A stretch of 63,808 bases of DNA, filler included, from Basidiobolus ranarum (GCA_040143965.1; 11 parts of 11 records of this genome joined end to end with filler, not necessarily neighbours in it); one strand, 5' to 3'; positions 1 to 12,227 are shown, counted from the whole stretch's first letter. Program-made: numbers and translations. The notes: a model not told the origin generated them from the sequence alone.

Positions 1-3000
1 AGGTAGGTGTTATATTTCTGATACTTTATATTTTTTCCCTAGCTTTGTCTGCATAGGCAAGGAACTTTTTCATATCCTTGGATAAATCACTACTAGTGCA
101 TCCTTGTTCAAAATCATGCTGGCTGAGTTTGCAATTGTTTTTGATTGGATATGCCTTTTTTATCTGATCATTATCAAAGGACTTTGAAGCCAGTATATTC
201 TATTGTCAGGTGCCAGCATATTATTCAACAGAAAGCTGGACATTGCATTGTGGTTTATGAGTGCTTAGACATTTCTAGAGGCTTGATTCCCTTTCACCAA
301 GACCCAAAAATCAAGAGACAGACCCATATTACAGTACATTCCAGAGTTATTCAACCATGGATATTGCACCCTTTGAACACCTCACAAAAACCTAGAGATA
401 TTTCAGTGATAGTTGCTGCATACACTCTAAAACAACTACAATGCCACAATATCGCAATTAATGCAGCATTGAGAAGAAACTAGTCAGCAGTTAGAGAGTC
501 ACTCAACAATGATACAAGACCTTCAGAATGCTGTACCTGAGCTACAGCAACATGCTGCTCTCTCTATCCATTCTCATATGGGATTTGAATCAATCACACA
601 CCTTACATATAAACGCACCATGCCAGTCTAGCAGAGCACAATATGTGTCTGACCATTAAGCCTACACAACAACCCAAAATTGCTTTGGCACATAAAAGTA
701 GAAATCTTGTAGGAAAACCAGCAAACCAAAAGACTCTGAATGTTGGAGCTGCTGTCACTTGCTCTGATGATGAGTGGTTTAACATTTTGGAAACTGTGTG
801 GAATCTTGGACAAAATAAACTGGATTTGAACCAACTGTGGAAAAACCCAAAACCAGGCACTACTCTGAAGGTTCATGACTTATTTCATGTGGCTTATCCT
901 GGGTTTTGCAAGTAAATGGCAATTGGGCTGTTATAGGCCTATTCATGAACCAGCTCAAAGATATATGCAATTATTAGCTTGGAAAAGAAAGAAAAGCAGC
1001 TAAAGAAGTACTCAAGGAGCAGGAAGTTGATAAACCCAAGGGAAAAGCAAAGGAGCCAGTAAGTTCAGGCTCTACTCTCCCACTTACCCAATCCTTCACA
1101 CCATTACAAAGATCTGCATTTCCAGAGTCAGATATGCTGGCACAAAAGCTAAATTTCCCATGGAACTGTTAAAATATTTGAGAGCCTGTTGGAAGTGGTT
1201 TAAAGAATTATAGGAACTGGTGGATTTCATTTAATGATTTATTGAATAGAAAGTTGACATTTATAGTTTTGTCAAGATGTAAGGAATCTAACATATAGAA
1301 TACGTTAATACTGATTTCAATGCTCTCCCTCAACTAAATAGTCATATAAAGTATTCTTATTAAAGGTCTAAATCTCTCAAATTTCTGTCTATCTAATGGT
1401 TTGGGTAAAATATATCAGCAATCCTCTCTTCGGTAGAAAATAAGTCAAGTCAATAAGCTTATTCTCCACAGTCTCTCTAATGAGGTGATGCTAAATATCC
1501 ATATGTTTGCTCCTGTTATGAAATGTGGGATTTTCAGCTAGTTTGATGTGACTTAAAATATCTTGAAGTATTGTAGTTGGTAAATTTTGAGATTAACAAA
1601 AATCTGCTGAGAGTTTTCTTAACCACATTGCTTCTTTTGTTGCTTGATTGGCAGCCATTTATTCTGCTTCTGTTGTTGAAAGCACTACAGTGAGTTGTTT
1701 CTTTGAATCCCAAGAAATAGCTCTATTACAGCAAAGAAATAAGTATCCTATTATAGCTCTCCTGTCTTCAATATCTTGCCTCCAATTTGCATCTGATAAT
1801 CTCATCAGATCAAAGTTTGATCAAGAATAGATGTATTTCAGGTGCAGATCCACAGTACCTTTCAAATATCTGAAAATCTGCTTAACTGCTGTGATTTGAT
1901 CAAATTGGTAATCTTAAAGATATTGGCACATACTTCACCAAAATATGCAATATCTGGTCATGTTTCACCCACAATATATATATGAAACTACCAACCATAG
2001 AATAATAAGGAAATTTCTGGCTTTCATTCAAATTCAACACTGTCTTATTTGAGCCATTTTTGATCAAGTTAAAATTAGTCTCCATTGGGATAGACACTTC
2101 ATTATATTAAATCCATTGTAAACTTACTCAGTATATCTCAGATATGCTTGGACTGGTTTAAAGATATTCTTTTGGTAGTTCTATCTGTCTTAGCTGGGAT
2201 TTAAAGATAGCAAGTCAGTTCACTAAGATAAGCCAGTTTGAATTTGGCTGATAGGCTAAATTTGTTTTTTCTAAAACCTTCAAGTCATAGGTTGCTATAA
2301 TAAGGACATCAAACTACAAGGCTAATAAATTGAGTTTGCCTTATCTGGCCTGAAGTAGATACTATTGTGAGCATTACTCTTTCAATTTTTGAGTGTTTCC
2401 AAAAAAGCATCTATGAGGCTAATTCAAGCTTTTGGAGATTGTTGCAAGCCATAGAGTGTTTTCTGGAGTCTGCAAACTTTTTTAGGGTTTTCTAGGTCCA
2501 CAAATCCAGCTGGCTGGTTTATACAGTTCTCATCTGCAAGTTCACCATTAAAAAAGCAGTTTTACATCCATTTGATATATAATAAATTGATATTTAGCTG
2601 AAATTGCCAAAATCATTCCAATTGAATTAAACTTTGCTACAGCAGCAAAAGTTTCAGATATACTATTCTTGGTGTTTGGGAATAGTCTTTGGCTACTAGT
2701 CTAGCCTTGTAGCTTTCTCTATCAACATTGGAGTTGTATTTAACCTGAAACACCCATAGGGAGCCAATTAATTTTCAGTCATCAGGTAAGTTGGTCAATA
2801 TCCAAGTTTAATAATCCAACAAAGCCTAGTACTCATCAGCTATTGCAAATCTCCAAACTTTGTGTGAAGGCCATCTAGGGCCTCTCTTACAGTCTGGGGT
2901 ACATGTATTTGAGATGTTCAGGCATATGCTCAATCTATGACTTGTTGATATAGTAATTAGGGATATTTCTGATCTGATTTGATATCCCGGTTTGGGATAA

Positions 3001-3839
3001 AGGCACTACAACTTCTGACATTGTATTGGGCACTTCAGTAGGCAAAATTCTGGTGGAGAGGTCCACAGAAATGTTACTTTCTTCCTCTTTTAGTTTGCAT
3101 CAAGTTGAATGATTAGATCAGAAGAAAAACTGATATTGGTCATTTTCTGAGGGCGTATTGAGTGAATTATTTTTATCTTCATTAAAAAAACATGCCTGGA
3201 CCTGATTAACTTAAAAATTTGGGATCAGATTTAGACTGATTTTTGGGTGTAGTTTTGCTGTAAGCAATGCATCTAAAGATCCTCAAATGTTTTACATCAG
3301 GTTTAACTCAAAACTAAGCTTGATATAGTGTAGAGTTAGACAGACTTCAAGTAAAACGTCCATTCTTCAGATATACAGCTATAGCAACAGATTCCACGCA
3401 AAAGTTTTGAGATAAATGTTGTGCATTTATCATTGATCTAGCCATTTCCATTGCAGTCTGGTTGGCTCTTTCAGTACCTCCATTTTGTTGAGGTGAATAG
3501 GGGGCAGTGGCTTCTTGCTCAATTCCATGAATTTTGCAAAAGTGTCTGAATAGTGTTGTGGTTTATTCTTCAAGTGTGTCTTGTATACTCATCCATAAAT
3601 GTGATTAAATATCTTTTTCCACCTAAAGATAAAGTTTGCATACTTCAACACAAATCTGACAGCATTATATACAATTCTTAGACAGATATGATTAACCCAA
3701 GCACTTGAGCAGTTGCCTGGCTTGTTTTCCATATATGCTACCCTAATTTCCAAACTTGTTAATTGGTTCCATCCATTTTTCAGAAGAGTGAAAAGTTCCA
3801 TAGATTGGAGAAGTAGACATTACAGAGAGTGAAAGCTTG

Positions 3840-3851
3840 GGGCTCATAACC
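3840..3851 (-). promoter_or_regulatory. Primer-binding site complementary to the anticodon arm of initiator tRNA-Met (half-tRNA priming)
   Basis: GGTTATGAGCCC directly abuts the LTR end and complements GGGCUCAUAACC of fungal tRNA-iMet, as in Ty5 and Drosophila copia. Confidence 0.85.
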
Positions 3852-4200
3852 TGTTAAAGTATTTGGGAACCTGTTGGAAGTGGTTTGGAGAATATGAGGA
3901 ACTAGTGGTTTTCACTTATTGATTTATTGAGTCAAATGTTGACATTTATGGTTTTGTCATGATGTAAACAAACTAACATGTAGAATATGTTAAGGAAGGT
4001 CCCAGGAACATGTGTGCAAAGTTTGGTGCTTCTAGCAAGAGTTTGAAAAATCAATATATCTGAGAACCCCTAAGGTGGTAAAAATATTCCAAGTAAACTC
4101 CAATTGGGAATAATGGATTATATCTTGGTGAAGCATAAGATAACTGAGTACTAAGCTATATATGTGACTAAATAGGTGTTAGGCAATGCTAATATCAACA
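3852..4200 (-). repeat. Copia family A 5' LTR (~349 bp)
   Basis: TG...CA termini. Similar sequence at 1167-1322, ~35640-35779, ~35960-36090 and ~48080-48300. Confidence 0.88.
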
Positions 4201-4205
4201 GGAAC

Positions 4206-5014
4206 CAGGTACACCCATTGGGCAAGTGCTAATTTGGAAGTTTATCCAAAATCAGGCACCTCTAAACAAGCCAAGGCACCAGCAAATAAAACTCATGGCT
4301 CTCTAACCTCAACCGGTACTTTTCAAAGAGTTGAAATTAACCCCAAACTTAAAGGCAAGCAAAGAGCCACACAAACTGCAAAGCACCCTCCTTAATGACA
4401 CACTACAAGGATGGATAAAAATAGTCAAAGTGCTTGAGGCATATTTTCAAAAATATGAAGGGGAAACCCAGAGCAAGTATGCAGAAAGTGGCTTCAGAAG
4501 AAGAACATTTAACTTGCTATTCAGACTGGTGGTGACTGTGCAGATATCTGGGAAGAACATAATATCTCGTGGCACAATCTAGCAGGGAATCTGCCAGATA
4601 GGTGGAAGAATGTTGATTCAGCAACAGCAATACAATGGTGGGCTTTGATTGATATATTGATTTAACTTGTGTTGCATTTGAGTTAAACTTTGGGTATGAA
4701 TAACTCTATAAAAATATTCTGGAGAATGTATTAAAGAAACTAGGGATTTTGAAGATGACAAATTAGGATTCAAGTGGAAAATAAGTAAAATTTGAGTTAT
4801 GTTTTTAACATATGTGTTGTTCCAAAGTTCTCTGAGATTGTAGCCAATAAAGTGCCACTATTTTTTGAGATCTTCAAATTCCTCTCCTGAAATTGAAAAA
4901 ATGGATTAAAATCAAATCTAACTTGACAATTTTTTGATGGTAAGTAAACAGTCAATCCAAAAGGTATTAAAATTATGATTGTTTTCCTACAATAACAATC
5001 CTCAAATTTCTGTT
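4206..5014. repeat. Unclassified decayed interspersed repeat (target of the Copia insertion)
   Basis: 4206-4510 resembles 21240-21545, and 4590-5014 resembles 17492-17920 on another contig. CpG-poor, with stop-riddled ORF remnants. Confidence 0.65.
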
Positions 5015-5733
5015 TGGGATCAGAAATAGCCCTGGTTACTATATCAATGAACCTGAGATTGGGCCTATGCCTGCACAGCTCAAATGCATGAGCCCCAGAC
5101 TGTAAAAGAGGCCCTGAATGGCCCTCACACAAAATTTTGGATATCTGCAATGGCTGATGAGTGCCTGGCTTTGATTGATAGTCAAACGTGTATTTTAACC
5201 AACTCACCTGCTGCTAGAGAATCAATTGGCTGCAAATGGGAGTATAAAGTTAAATACAACTCTGGTGGCAAAATAGAAAGGAACAATGCTAGACTAGTAG
5301 CTAGTGGCTATTCCCAAACTTTGTTGCACAGCATATTGCTTAATTCCAGCTCAAAAACGCTCAAAATTGGAACCCAAAAGCAGAAAATGCATATTTCTTG
5401 GTTACTGTGATGGATCCAAGGCCTACAGACTGTTTGATACCAAAAATCAGAAGTTAATTAAGTGCAGAGATGTGATTTTTGATGAAAAAGCAAATTTTTC
5501 ACCTCAAATCACAGTTCTTGATCCAGAAAACACAATCAGCACTATTCAGGAAGTGTCTGACAAAATTCCAGCTCTATCTGAGCCCAATTCAACCGAAATT
5601 TCAGTCCCAATTACATCAAAGGATGATGCAGGACCCAGAAGATCATCCAGAAGGAGAAATAAGCCAGGAAACTGGTGGAACACTTCCAATGATGATGTAT
5701 ATGCTTATGCAGCATTCTGTGACAAGCCACAGA
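5015..5733 (+). mobile_element. Copia pol fragments (RT N-terminus fused to an integrase C-terminal segment), truncated by the contig end
   Basis: EPQTVKEAL...IGCKWEYKVK...ARLVASGYSQ (RT start) is followed in another frame by RSKLEPKSRKCIFLGYCDGSKAYRLFD...RDVIFDE (post-integrase SH3-like segment). Confidence 0.88.
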
Positions 5734-5833
5734 NNNNNNNNNNNNNNNNNNNNNNNNNNNNNNNNNNNNNNNNNNNNTTAATTAATTAANNNNNNNNNNN
5801 NNNNNNNNNNNNNNNNNNNNNNNNNNNNNNNNN
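5734..5833. other. Artificial contig linker (44N-TTAATTAATTAA-44N), first of ten
   Basis: Identical 100-bp linkers at 5734-5833, 11565-11664, 17392-17491, 23209-23308, 29024-29123, 34831-34930, 40635-40734, 46434-46533, 52230-52329 and 58022-58121. The 12-mer puts stops in all six frames, and contig lengths decrease monotonically. Confidence 0.99.
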
Positions 5834-7172
5834 TACATTTGACTGATTACTTGGGTACCACCTATATTTAGCTCTATTACACAAATGGCAGAAATGTTTA
5901 GAAAAGATAAAAATACTCAAACAAGTCCAAGACTCTTCACACCTAACTTCAAACTTTCTGAACTTCCTGGAGACACATCTTTTTTGTTATTTTGCCCATT
6001 TATGACAACATTACAAACACTCATTTTCAATCAAATGTAAGTTCAAATCACATTTTTTCCAATGATCTAAAACGCTGCTAGTTCAATGCAAAGGCACCCA
6101 GCAAAGCTAAGCTTGAGTTTAACTACTAATCAATGCTTGATATGAATTTCCTATTACTTTTTGACTAAATTCATTTGTTAGTGCTGATATTCAATATCTT
6201 AGTTAACTTTAGTCATGATGCATATATCAGAAACAAGAAAGCATTGCATCTATAGCCCCTATGTTCCAATCGGGAGTTTCTCCATATCTAAAAAACTAGT
6301 ATGCTTTGCTACCCCTGTACCTATTATATCTTATTACCCAAACTCTTAAGTGTCTTAAACAATTGATTTACTTCTCTGCTATGTATGTCACCATATTCTG
6401 TTAAGAATAAGCCAACTGAAACAGTATCACCATTTATCTCTATATAAGCAAGTTTATCTTCATTATGACTAGATCCTCCATTAGACACAAGCATACTGTG
6501 CATCACTAGTCTCTTGTACACTGACCATCATTTGCAATGCTACCCAAATATACGCTTGATAGCTAATAATACTATTCTCTGTTGCTTTAACAATATGATT
6601 GCATTATCTTGCTATTTCGATTCATAAACACTTTGATGACGAATCTAGCGCAATCACTTGACCTAGAAAAAAAGGGCTTGAAACCTGTTTAGAATCCCAA
6701 CTGCACTAAATATCACTCACTAATAATGATACCTAACTGTGGCTTATACTAAACCCATATGAACGAAATTACGCTTCATGACAGGGTAGAGTGAATAAGT
6801 GAATGGCACTGTTAAAACTTAGATTATCTGGATATCAGTAAGGCGTATATGATCAGCATGTATGCACAGTGAAACACTTCTAACATTTTCATCAAATACC
6901 GCGATAGTGATAATCCGTAACTACAATCCAGCTATATCTTGTAACACGTTTAGTATCTGCATGAAATATATATACGTAACAATGTATCATACACTACATC
7001 CTGAAACTGTGCGAAATAGTTAATGCACCTCAAGGGCTGAAAATGCAGGGCATTATGCATACGTGAAGACAAACACTTGGTTACGTACGTATATGTACTC
7101 TGTATAAATACACGTACATTTCCCTCATGTATCAGCACTCCCTCATTCAACCTTTCTTTTTTCCCTCATATA

Positions 7173-7892
7173 ATGCGCTGCCTTTATTCTCTGATTGCTC
7201 TGGTTGCCAGTATTCAGCTTGTACAAGGTAGCTATGGTGATGACAATGGAAGCGACAATGGTGGTGACAACTACGAAGCCCCTCAGGTATGCAATGCTCC
7301 ATCGTCCCAAGCTCCATTTAACAATAAGGCATTTTCATCCAATGAGAAAACCGACCCTGCCAACTTCGATAGTGTTGTTAGGGGACCGGGCTACACAGCT
7401 GCTTCATTGTTAAAAGCTGGCTGGGGGCCTAACAAGATGGTGCACGTTAATGGGTACAAATTCATTTTACCCAAATGGGGGAAAGGTATGAAAGACAACT
7501 GGATTGAGGGAGGACAGAAGGTGAAGGTCACTTCTGTGCCTGGTGCCACTCGGTTAGGGTTCCTACTATCAAGTGATATGGGAAACTTTGGAGGTAAATT
7601 CCATATCGTCTACACCGACTGCACTACTCAGGTTGAACGAGTAGGTGCAACTGATTGGAAATGGAAGATTGAACATGCACCTGGCAACACCATTGCACGT
7701 AATGGATTTTGGGCTACTAACGGAGGGGACGTTCGGATATACACCACTGAAGTAGACATTGATCCTAGTAAGACTATAGCTTACGTGCAGTTCCCAATGG
7801 CGAATGAAATCTATGACATCCATCCATATAGTAAAGGTACTAAGGGTCATGTTCATGTATTTGCACTTGCAACAAAAAAAGTAGGGTATTGA
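7173..7892 (+). CDS. Secreted 239-aa protein with a bacterial-type glycoside-hydrolase-associated beta-sandwich domain
   Basis: ATG at 7173 follows TATAAATA (~7103). Signal peptide MRCLYSLIALVASIQLVQG; intronless. Motifs FNNKAFS...ANFD...DN..GQ...RLGFL...YTDCTTQ...DW...DPSKTIAYVQFP...HVFALA match my recollection of the C-terminal domain of actinobacterial GH92-type proteins. Confidence 0.8.
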   Translation: MRCLYSLIALVASIQLVQGSYGDDNGSDNGGDNYEAPQVCNAPSSQAPFNNKAFSSNEKTDPANFDSVVRGPGYTAASLLKAGWGPNKMVHVNGYKFILPKWGKGMKDNWIEGGQKVKVTSVPGATRLGFLLSSDMGNFGGKFHIVYTDCTTQVERVGATDWKWKIEHAPGNTIARNGFWATNGGDVRIYTTEVDIDPSKTIAYVQFPMANEIYDIHPYSKGTKGHVHVFALATKKVGY

Positions 7893-10800
7893 TTGATCAA
7901 TCAGTTTCAATATGATCCTGATATTGTGACTGTGACTATTGTTTGAAAAATAAACTGTCTGTTATGATTGTCAGCCTCAACCTAGTAAATAATTGGCCAT
8001 GATGATAACGGTTAAATAAGAGTTTACAGGTAGACTTTGAATGTCTTGGTGTCAGGCTAAATATGCATGTAACTTTGATGGCCAAGTAAAAGATAAGCGG
8101 TTTTCGTCAAAAATGGAAGAAGCAGTCATCTAGGGAAATTTCTTTACCCATCAATGTGCAACGTTGAAATATCGAAAGACAGGACCAAGTTCAAAAAAGA
8201 GTAACGAAATAAAATGAACCTCAGCAAATAGCAAAAAATATCCTACTTCCCTTATATATATATAACCACATTATAAAGTCTCCGGCTACATGTCCTTGAT
8301 ACTAATAGACCTTGAATTGAGCTCCTCCAGTGTTAGTTTAGGTTGCTCCCAGAAGTCTATCAAACTGACCTCTCTTCCGGAGTTGATACATTGGATTAGT
8401 ATCATACCATAGCAAACCTTTGCCATCTCGAGACTTGTATTAGTCCAGATATGCCACTCGGTTAACATCTCTTACTTAAAGAGCTCTATTTTCCTGTATT
8501 AATATGTTTCTTTAATTCAACCATATTGAAGACTATTGACTACTTTTGGATATCCTCCTCTGCAGTCTCTATTCCACTGAATTTAAAGAAAACGTGCTCT
8601 CTTTTCCAATTGCTTGGAGATGTTAATGATTGAGAGGATTGCTAACAATCCACAGCATTCAAATCTTCTTGGAACCTGACAAGGAGTGTAGTGCTAAGGT
8701 ATACTTACGGAAATTAAGCAATGGTCTTGCCCAGTACGATATACATTGGCATTACTAGCGCTAACTGTAGTAAGCATACTTATGAATGTACATCATGCAA
8801 CTTGGGTTCTATTAATTCATGGAATTGAATTATAGAATATTTGATAGGTCAATGGTTGTATTTCATTTTTCACTGAGGATTTCATGCTTGCTCATTGATC
8901 TATCCTATCAATCAAGCAATCAGTCTTCTATGTTACCAAATTATCCATGTGTCTATCTATTTTGGCCATATGAATATGCCCATTATTCTATATCAGTTAG
9001 TAATCATTTGTTATTCATTGACTGGATAGCACGAAAGCTCATAAACTTACCAATATATTGTGAATTCAAATTTGAAATATTCCGTTGAAGATATTTGCCC
9101 ACAACATATATGTTAACTCCATATCTGCATATAATACATGTCAAATATATATTAACGATTTAATTAGACAAGGTTACTCTATCTTATGTTGGCCTGTATA
9201 TTGAGGATACCAAACTTTAGATAGATAGATATATACCTCTCATATCTAAATTATGTGCCTATCATGAAATCGTTTCAGCACATATTGAGTAATGTAATCC
9301 TTTTTCGATCTATATTCTTTGTGTTATATTTTTCGAGGTACAGATAAATGGCTGACTTCTCAGTTAAAATTGGATATTTGATGCTCATGTAGCATGTTCC
9401 TGACTGGAAAGGTGTGTAGATAGCTTTTCATTAAGCATAAGAAATTTGTGGAGTATATGAGATACGTAAATATCACAATGGCAAGAGCTTTGTATATTCA
9501 AATATATGTTTGCACTCAGCTATAGCATGCAGTGAAAAAACAAATCATGTTTATTGTTTGTAAGCTATTTATTGCCTCTTCAGCTTATCCAACCATATAG
9601 CTTTATATATGTAGTATATATTCTTTATTGGGACAAGTATAAATAGGCTCAACCTGTCTGAAAACCATTCATAGTGAATGATATTGTAACCCAGGTCAAC
9701 AAGATCATACATATATCAGGGCTTGTTGGAAGTGGTTGGTACTAATTGACAATGTTGTTCTGGTTCTTATGTTGAATCAATCTCACGTGCTTAGGCCAAG
9801 AGTGAGCAGAGTTGAAAGAGAGTACTATGTTGTTATGGTACTCAGGAAGTTGGGTCAGAATTATGGGAAGTTTTGAGAAAACAAGAATTTATTGTTTCCC
9901 ACATTGCAGAGATATATCGGGAAACATATGAAATGATTTTAACTTCAATTTTAAGACTTTCAATAACTTAACCTGCAACGTGAATATTTATGTTTCTAGC
10001 GCGAATATTTGAGCATTAATATACATATGGAAACCAGTGGATACAATGTTCACTTACAAAATAGATGGAATTATGCGCTATGTGAATATTGTAGTGCTTA
10101 ATTCTAGTACAACTAAAGCTGGTACAGTAGGAGTTTCAAGAAATCACCCAAATTCAGTTGAATTGAAGCCTCCTATTCAGGAACGAAACTAAGCTTGAAA
10201 GTTGGAAACTTCGATCTATAGCACACAATATTCTCATACTGGAAGTGGTATAGAAATGCAGATCAATCTACTATCGATGGATTTGCAGTTGCATGCTAAG
10301 ATTACCACTGTTACAAAAACAATTTGAATGCAAGGAACCAAGAACCTAATGGTTTTGAAAGATCGTTAGTGCGTAGAAAGATACCTCTTGGATTGACCAA
10401 TAATTCTTTAGAATCTTATAAAAATCAGGGAAGATACTTTCATAGAGCAATGCTAATCCTAGCATGCAACCACGTAGACAGAGCTACAAATATAGAAATC
10501 ACTCGGCTGGCTCGCTAACTGAGGTTGCGATTGATTGAAAATGGACATGAAATACTATATTTATGTTAGGATACAGCCACTAAGACTTACTTGAGATAAC
10601 TCTAAAGTACTACCAAAGGCAGCATAGTATTACGTAGTTGCAATGACCCAAACGCGGATTACTAAATTTGATATGAACTGCGCAATATCCAACTGAGCCA
10701 CTATCACACATATGTACAAAGCCGTATCTCCTATTGCTCAATGCGAGCTCCAAATGAGAATGAACGGATGTGTGTGCGTGAGTTATTCCAATTCTTTACT

Positions 10801-11309
10801 TGGCTATTGTACTATCAAATTTCCATATAGACCTATAGATAATACAATTCATCCACTTCCAACCTGTCTTGATACAAAGTTCTCGGGGTATGTGAGAATA
10901 AAAGTTACAAAGAGTTGATGCAAAGGCAACAAAGGACCAAATGGTGCTTTCTTTTGTGCCTATATATTACAGCAAAACGAGATTGAAGGCGTACCAGACA
11001 ACTAGTTAGTGCTGATCCCTTTAGAAAGAGGAGCCAAGATCACAGAATGGGCACTACTACAGTAATCGCACTATATGTTTGATGTGAAGGCGCTCAATGA
11101 GTACCCAACATAAGCTGGGCTATTTTTGTCATGGATTGCATAGAAACATTACAAATCAGAGATATGGACATCAACCACCTAGTGAACGCGATATTTACAA
11201 TATACATTAGTATGTTAGAATAGCATAATAAGTTCCTGTCAAACGCCGTGAATCCCAGTTAGTCATCCAGCCTCACTCACACATATCAGATGATTTCTGA
11301 AGGCCCATT

Positions 11310-11564
11310 CTAAACAAACAGGGAATGGAACAATGCCCGTTTGTACTTGTCTATGGGTCCTTCATGGGAATCATGGACCATTCCCCATCCTGCTTCAATG
11401 TTCTCTTGACGTCTAGTCAGCATATCTTGATACACAAGGGAAAGAAAAGAACCATCTCCAAGATGAGAAGACTCTTCCGTAGAATGACGACATTCGAGAG
11501 CCTGGCCCCAGATGCTTTTAGTTAGTTGGAAAAGGCTGAGGGATGGAACTCTACCCATTGGCCA
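11310..11564 (-). CDS. Possible 3' end of an unidentified gene, truncated by the contig end
   Basis: Open frame from the contig edge to TAG (WPMGRVPSLSLFQLTKSIWG...DKYKRALFHSLFV*) with gene-like GC content. No family recognised. Confidence 0.35.
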   Translation of the reverse strand, partial: WPMGRVPSLSLFQLTKSIWGQALECRHSTEESSHLGDGSFLSLVYQDMLTRRQENIEAGWGMVHDSHEGPIDKYKRALFHSLFV

Positions 11565-11665
11565 NNNNNNNNNNNNNNNNNNNNNNNNNNNNNNNNNNNN
11601 NNNNNNNNTTAATTAATTAANNNNNNNNNNNNNNNNNNNNNNNNNNNNNNNNNNNNNNNNNNNNA

Positions 11666-11803
11666 GCCCGTGAGGGATATCTTCGTGACACTTACTATGA
11701 TGAGAAGAGACGCCTGTTCCCTCCTGCCAATGAAAGAGAGCCAGGAAAAGATTACTCTTATGGCGGAAAAACCTACAACTTGGCCACTCCAATTGTTGAC
11801 TGA
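11666..11803 (+). CDS. C-terminal fragment of a PhyH-family Fe(II)/2OG dioxygenase, PhnY-like (5' part lost at the contig edge)
   Basis: Manual translation gives AREGYLRDTYYDEKRRLFPPANEREPGKDYSYGGKTYNLATPIVD*, resembling the PhnY-type tail (EGD.R..YY.DKR..FPP..ER..GK.Y). It is adjacent to a PhnZ-like gene and too short for the ORF track. Confidence 0.65.
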   Translation, partial: AREGYLRDTYYDEKRRLFPPANEREPGKDYSYGGKTYNLATPIVD

Positions 11804-12227
11804 AAAGGTTAGATTTGGATAGTTAATGAACTGTTAAAAATAGACTCCCACTCTTTTGCATACTATTCAATAAAAACCAGTTATAATTAAGAATATATGT
11901 CTCTCGTTTCCTTAATGATGGTACGCTATTGAATGGGATTCAGTGCTGAGAAGAAATAAGGCTTATTTGTGTTCGAACAATCTTGTATTAACAAGTGTCA
12001 TAGTGGCTGAAAGAAACCATACATCTGGGGTACGTAAAATGTGAAAGGCTAAACTTAGCTATGATACTCTTTAGAATTAGTGATCGTGGAAAACTTGATT
12101 TCCATACTATGGTAAACTTTCGTGTAATGTTTAAGTATATAATGTAAACTGAAGAGGAAATAGTTTATTGATAATCACCAAACTGCTAAATAGTGGTATA
12201 AGTAAAGGCATGATTATGGATCTAACA

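Larger units (their letters stand above)
1167..4200 (-). mobile_element. Degenerate, internally deleted Ty1/Copia LTR retrotransposon (family A) with both LTRs and a 5-bp TSD
   Basis: 5' LTR 3852-4200 (minus strand TGTTG...TAACA), PBS 3840-3851, gag start (MSTSPIYGTFHSSEK), integrase, RT and RNase H remnants, PPT TTGAGGGAGAG at 1323-1333 and a shortened 3' LTR at 1167-1322. GGAAC lies on both flanks (1162-1166 and 4201-4205). Many stops and frameshifts. Confidence 0.9.

Noticed and set aside
3839-3852. tRNA-Met gene (GGGCTCATAACC)
   Set aside because: Only the anticodon-arm 12-mer is present, without D or T arms. It is a retrotransposon PBS.
5778-5789. Regularly spaced TTAATTAATTAA palindrome as a biological repeat or CRISPR-like array
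   Set aside because: It is always embedded in 44-N runs and is an artificial six-frame-stop linker.
7077-7172. N-terminal extension of the 271-aa ORF
   Set aside because: It starts at TTG and spans the TATA box and pyrimidine-rich leader. The ATG at 7173 begins the signal peptide.
9724-9737. TGTTGGAAGTGGTT match to the family A LTR
   Set aside because: Only 14 bp, and the flanks do not align.
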